Source of the DNA: a virus
Strand: one strand, 5' to 3'
Length of the DNA: 64,000 nucleotides
IMG/VR virus record: IMGVR_UViG_3300035130_000101
Coordinates: 1-64,000 of that record
Position 1 is the stretch's first letter; each line of letters opens with the position of its first letter. A program made the position numbers and the translations under genes. A model generated the notes under the pieces. It saw only the letters and a program-made list of their open reading frames with translations, did no database searches and was not told the origin of the DNA. Positions 60,128 to 64,000 of the stretch are shown piece by piece.

Positions 60128-60706
60128 GTGTATACCGTTGATGTATCTGTAGAAGGTGTTGCGCCATTGCTGCAACACAAGTTCCCGTTGCCGGACTTCT
60201 CCGATCTTGGCAAGGGAGGCAAACAGTCCACGGGAGAAAAGGATTATACTGAGGAATGGAAGGATTATCTGTACGTAGATTCCGATGGCGAAATCTTTCA
60301 ACCTGCCGTTCACTTTGACGGCTGTATGGTCAAGGCCGCCGTCAATTTCAAAATCCAGGGCAAGCGCGGCAAAACCTACAAAGATTTGTTCAAAGGTAAC
60401 GTGTTCTGTTCGCCGGATGAAATTCTGCACGGTATTAAAGCTCCTGAAACTTTGGACAATGACGCCGACAAGCCGCTTTATTTGGATATTCGCCCCGTTG
60501 TTATCAGCCGGGCCAGGGTAGTCAGGATTCGCCCCGCTTTTGCACCGGGCTGGAAACTGAGCTTTGAGATTGAAATCCTTGACGATCAAATTCCTGCCAA
60601 CGTTGTTAATGAGGTTCTGTCCCTGGCCGGTAAGACCGTCGGTGTCGGTGATTTTCGCCCCCGTTTTGGCCGGTTTATGGTTACGAGGTTTGAGGTTCGG
60701 AAGTAG
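60128..60706 (+). CDS. unknown protein, paralog B
   Basis: A GTG start is chosen by alignment with paralog A; the track starts at TTG 59996. Ends GVGDFRPRFGRFMV. Confidence 0.6.
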   Translation: MYTVDVSVEGVAPLLQHKFPLPDFSDLGKGGKQSTGEKDYTEEWKDYLYVDSDGEIFQPAVHFDGCMVKAAVNFKIQGKRGKTYKDLFKGNVFCSPDEILHGIKAPETLDNDADKPLYLDIRPVVISRARVVRIRPAFAPGWKLSFEIEILDDQIPANVVNEVLSLAGKTVGVGDFRPRFGRFMVTRFEVRK

Positions 60707-60960
60707 ACTTTGTGGTAAGGGTGGGCAACGGTCAGGTAAGGTCCGGTAGTGGCAGGCTAGGAGAGGTTTAGTCCGGTATCGGTGTGACCTGGTGAGGGAA
60801 GGTCTGGTAAGGTAAAGTGAGGTAAGGGAAGTCTTGTGGTAAGGGAAAGGTGAAGTCGGATCGGGTGAGCTAAGATTGGGTGGGGTGTGGATTGGTGAGA
60901 ATTGGCGCGGGCAGGTGAGGCAGAATAAGGTAAGGTTATCCAAATATTCGGTTGTCTGTT
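60707..60960 (+). repeat. GT-rich, C-poor spacer (GGTAAGG-type degenerate repeats)
   Basis: By hand count, about 25 C in ~245 nt. (C)TTGTGGTAAGGG lies at 60708 and 60832. Confidence 0.6.
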
Positions 60961-61227
60961 ATGTCAAAGTATTTTACAGTAAACGAACTCCCTGGTTTGC
61001 ATTTTCTATGGTATTCTCGATTGCCGCTTGATGTCTGGTTGCCGCTCAAGCAATACGTCTATCAAAGAGACGGCGGTATCTGCCAGTATTGCGGTAATCA
61101 GTTTGCCTACGAAAAAACTCACTGTCATCACGTTTTAGAATTATGTGAAGGCGGTACAAACCACCCCACGAACCTCAAGACGCTTTGCATTGATTGCCAT
61201 AAAACCAGACACCCGTTTATGAAGTAA
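60961..61227 (+). CDS. HNH endonuclease
   Basis: CQYCGNQFAYEKTHCHHVLELCEGGTNHPTNLKTLCIDCH. ATG 60961 with a weak RBS; the track starts at TTG 60952. Confidence 0.75.
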   Translation: MSKYFTVNELPGLHFLWYSRLPLDVWLPLKQYVYQRDGGICQYCGNQFAYEKTHCHHVLELCEGGTNHPTNLKTLCIDCHKTRHPFMK

Positions 61228-61319
61228 TCTTGTGGCAGGGCCGTGGTACGGTGATGTGATGTGAGTTTTGGTGCGGCAAGGTGCGTCCGGGTGATGTAAG
61301 GATTGGCTTGGTAAGGTAA
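61228..61319 (+). repeat. GT-rich spacer
   Basis: Begins TCTTGTGGCAGGG immediately after the stop codon. Confidence 0.5.
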
Positions 61320-61351
61320 GGGTAGATTAAGTTCTACCCTTTTTTGTTTTT
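61320..61351 (+). terminator. rho-independent terminator of the plus-strand insert
   Basis: GGGTAGA ttaagt TCTACCC TTTTTTGTTTTT. Confidence 0.7.
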
Positions 61352-61606
61352 GGCATATTTGCATCGCTTACGTGCGCCTCGATTAGTAAACTTGCTTGAT
61401 GATAGGCAATCATTTCAGCTACAAATTCTCTTGGATATTCACCACGTCTTAACTTTAATAATTCATCTAAACCGGCTCCGCAATATATCGCTGCCCTAAA
61501 TTGAGAGAATAATCCTAAGCTACCATTGTGACTTGTAATCCCTACTGGCTTTCCAGAGCGAAGCGGATATTCTTCAATTGCAATACCGTTTCTTTTAATC
61601 CCGAAA
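61327..61606 (-). other. start-less 91-codon frame continuing the chaperone-like gene (+1 frame)
   Basis: Open from 61636 to the TAA at 61327-61329, with no ATG/GTG/TTG before codon ~65 counted from the slip site. It is reachable from 61595..62113 by a +1 slip at UUU CGG (61601-61606). Confidence 0.3.
61574..61587. repeat. junction palindrome, partial
   Basis: TCAATTGCAATACC; 7 nt after stop 61595, inside the +1 extension frame. Confidence 0.4.
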
Positions 61607-62113
61607 GCGAGATTTGGCCGCTGCCAAGTCCTCCTCGCTTACGCCTGAAAGCATTGACAGCAAATTCCAATCGTCTGCCCCCAAAGCAAAATATCGTATA
61701 AAGACAAAGCGACGTTCAAACTCATCGTCAAGATCGTAGTCATCCAGGTTCAGATGGCCCCGCTTCGCCAGAAAGCGCAACTTCTTGAGCCAGGCATCAT
61801 CTGCCGGCAGGCCGTCAACCAATTCAACGCCGAGCATCGCCATTACATCAAAGCCCGCCTGTACCCGTTTGGCGAAGGCTTCCTGTTTGGCCGCGAGGTA
61901 GTCCGGGTCGTTTGGGTTTTCAACCGGATAATCTTTTCCCTCTACTTTTTGCTTTGGTACAGGCGGGTCTTTGATTGCCGTCGCCGCTTCCTGAATGGTA
62001 GCAGTAGGCACGGGGATAAGGCGAACCGTTATACCGGTCGATAGCTTGATCGGTTCGTCCAGATTGAGTTGTCCGTTCTTCTTTGCCGCGTCAACGGCGG
62101 GGCTTCTGGCCAT
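61595..62113 (-). CDS. putative tail assembly chaperone (gpG-like)
   Basis: 172 aa, acidic. It is the last minus-strand gene before the tape measure if the plus-strand insert is ignored. Confidence 0.45.
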   Translation of the reverse strand: MARSPAVDAAKKNGQLNLDEPIKLSTGITVRLIPVPTATIQEAATAIKDPPVPKQKVEGKDYPVENPNDPDYLAAKQEAFAKRVQAGFDVMAMLGVELVDGLPADDAWLKKLRFLAKRGHLNLDDYDLDDEFERRFVFIRYFALGADDWNLLSMLSGVSEEDLAAAKSRFRD

Positions 62114-62321
62114 CTGTCTTGCTCCTTATTCTATCTATGGTTTTGCCCTCGTTGTTCATTATGAAAACGAGCATACCCGGCAAGACCTCTATTTCTGTCT
62201 CAGTACCATTAGACAGCGACAGCAGGATTGACTTACTGCCGCTGTCTATAAATGTTTTGGTGCGTACCGTATGGCAATCGTGCAAAGTCTCTTGATTGCC
62301 TTGCACGAGCTTCACGAACAT
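62091..62321 (-). CDS. hypothetical small protein
   Basis: 76-aa ORF. Confidence 0.45.
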   Translation of the reverse strand: MFVKLVQGNQETLHDCHTVRTKTFIDSGSKSILLSLSNGTETEIEVLPGMLVFIMNNEGKTIDRIRSKTDGQKPRR

Positions 62322-62349
62322 AATCTACCTACCTATCTGGATTCGGTTT

Positions 62350-63861
62350 TTAATCCTCGCCAACCAGGACAATGCCATCACTGCCATTATCCGCCAGGCC
62401 AACGCCAACCACAAAGTTGACATCTTCCTTGCAAGCGGCCAGGGCATTTACCCGGTCATTTGCCGGTAATGTGGCGCTACCCTCCGGCAATAGTTGCCAG
62501 GAATAACCGCCGTCATAGGTGCGGAAGATGCGCCCGGCTGCCGCATCCGTAGCGTGGGCCAGATAGCCCACCGATTTAGAAGCAAAAGCGATGTCATAGA
62601 TGACGCCCGCCCCGGAGCCGCTAAAGCCTTTGGCAGTAAAGGTGACACCGTTATTGACGGTATAGTACAATGTACCGCCGCTGGTCCCAAGCCACCACTC
62701 ACTATCGTTATTAGCCTTAATCCAAACGGCGTTGTAATCCACACCGACGCCGGTCGGAGGCGTGATCTCCGTGAAGGTGACACCGTTCTCGCTCTTGAGG
62801 ATAGCCGAAGCGTTACCGACAGCAATGATCTTGGATTCAGAAATGGCGTGAATAGCGTTAAGATCATCCGTCAAGACAGTTCCAGCTTCCAATACCGTCA
62901 CCCCGGCGGTTGGGTCGGTCAGCTTGTAGACGTAGCCGCCATTAGCGGCGATGAAGGCGACGCTGCCCAAGCTCCAGATATCCTGCGGTTGCTTGCTCGC
63001 CACAAAGCCGGTGGTGACTTCTGTCCAGGTCGGATCAGGCGTAGTGTCGAAGTCGTCAATGTCGGCATAGTGAAGCGAGTTTGACGTTTCGTCAATGACG
63101 ACTACGTACCCGGCTACACAGGCGATACCGGTCGGACTATCGGCCGCGCCCATCGTGTCGATATCAACGGCATACCAGTTTACCCCACCGTCGATGGAGA
63201 ATACCACGTCTGCCGGTGTGGATGGTGAGCCACCTGCCGCAATCGAGACGGCAAAGATTTTTTCGCAGCCGTCCGACGGATCTTCACAATCGCCACAAGA
63301 GGCCGAGTCGCAGATAACTACATCTACGATCTCATTGGTTACAATCGACCCGGCCCGACTTGCAAAGCCGAGCTTTAGCACCTCGTACCATTCCCGCATC
63401 GAGATGTCGGCCGTTTCGTTGACCTGGGCCCGCTCGTCGCTGGATAATGCACCAAGCTCATCGGTGGCGTAGTTGGTTACCTTCGTCTTTTCCAAGATGA
63501 GCTTTTTCTCAAACTCGTTAAACAGAGACACGTCCTGACATTGCCCCAGGTTTAGATGAATGTCACTGGAACAACGCCGGTCAGCAACCCTCTTGAGTAC
63601 CGACGCTTCATTGAGCGGATAGATACCCATTATCTGAGTCGTCGGCCTTTCGTCCGCTTCCTGAATTTCGCCAATCTCCTCGAACTGGTCCGCCTTATTG
63701 GGGTGTGGCGCTTCGATCTTGGTCACATCACCGTAAGACTTTTCCAGCGCACCGGCCCGCATAAAGTTATGATAAGCCGGCGTCCTATCTGCCCGCGCCT
63801 CGTTTTCGATGATGAAAACTCGGCTTAATCCGGTTTTGGCCGGACTCCAATTGTCAGTCAT
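62350..63861 (-). CDS. putative major tail protein with C-terminal BNR/Asp-box beta-propeller-like domain
   Basis: 503 aa; GGAGG RBS. Asp-box-like SIDGGVNWY and TYDGGYSWQ, plus repeats ENGVTFTEI and NNGVTFTAK. The tail-protein role is inferred from position. Confidence 0.5.
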   Translation of the reverse strand: MTDNWSPAKTGLSRVFIIENEARADRTPAYHNFMRAGALEKSYGDVTKIEAPHPNKADQFEEIGEIQEADERPTTQIMGIYPLNEASVLKRVADRRCSSDIHLNLGQCQDVSLFNEFEKKLILEKTKVTNYATDELGALSSDERAQVNETADISMREWYEVLKLGFASRAGSIVTNEIVDVVICDSASCGDCEDPSDGCEKIFAVSIAAGGSPSTPADVVFSIDGGVNWYAVDIDTMGAADSPTGIACVAGYVVVIDETSNSLHYADIDDFDTTPDPTWTEVTTGFVASKQPQDIWSLGSVAFIAANGGYVYKLTDPTAGVTVLEAGTVLTDDLNAIHAISESKIIAVGNASAILKSENGVTFTEITPPTGVGVDYNAVWIKANNDSEWWLGTSGGTLYYTVNNGVTFTAKGFSGSGAGVIYDIAFASKSVGYLAHATDAAAGRIFRTYDGGYSWQLLPEGSATLPANDRVNALAACKEDVNFVVGVGLADNGSDGIVLVGED

Positions 63862-64000
63862 TTTCTACCTCCATACTCCTGTATAAGGCTACCAATGGGC
63901 GCTTGATAGCCGTCAGGATAATGCTATCGAGGCCGCTCCGTGAATACTGAATATCATTTTTGCTGATAAGTTTATTTTCAACCAGGCCGTTGTGTATCTG
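63854..64000 (-). CDS. hypothetical protein, N-terminus outside window
   Basis: Hand translation: ...LVENKLISKNDIQYSRSGLDSIILTAIKRPLVALYRSMEVEND*. It overlaps the next start by 8 nt. Confidence 0.4.
   Translation of the reverse strand, partial: QIHNGLVENKLISKNDIQYSRSGLDSIILTAIKRPLVALYRSMEVEND

Noticed and set aside
943-61587. Junction palindromes as ordinary rho-independent terminators
   Set aside because: The stem is AT-rich, 5-7 bp long and has no loop. In gene sense it is usually followed by an A-run and an RBS rather than a U-run. Copies at 45729 and 49433 sit next to separate, strong terminators.
1-64000. Prophage boundaries (att sites or flanking bacterial genes)
   Set aside because: Both window ends lie inside phage-like genes, and no direct repeats or tRNA were seen. 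Integration status cannot be judged from this window.

Overview
The window reads as one contiguous stretch of a large tailed-phage or prophage genome, roughly 50% GC by eye, with most genes on the minus strand. Modules: a ~12.5-kb sugar-biosynthesis/glycosyltransferase island (1-12518); head and packaging genes (capsid, scaffold-like, MuF-like, portal, terminase; 19546-30454); a replication/recombination block (DNA methylase, SNF2 helicase, DnaC-like, DnaD-like with iterons, SSAP-like; 33623-45723); an FtsK-like/RHH/HNH unit (45796-49314); and tail genes (fibre-like, tape measure, chaperone, tube-like; 49452-63861). Plus-strand islands and several minus-strand units carry near-consensus sigma70 promoters. 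The standout is 13488-17738. It holds a short tyrosine-recombinase-like gene, a promoter firing away from it, and ten small co-oriented ORFs. The ORFs are separated by imperfect inverted repeats bounded by RYYYAAC...GTTRRRY boxes, with two bulged bases on one arm and cassette-specific box complementarity. That is integron attC/cassette architecture inside a phage. Other items: a 14-bp palindrome (TCAATTGCAATTGA) at about 20 gene junctions, often 5 nt after a stop codon; two paralogous unknown-protein + HNH modules with GT-rich spacers inserted antisense between the tail chaperone and tape measure; a candidate +1 frameshift chaperone; ori-like iterons; and a Gly-Tyr repeat protein. All functional calls come from motif recognition by eye and gene order. 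No database search, folding or statistics were run.
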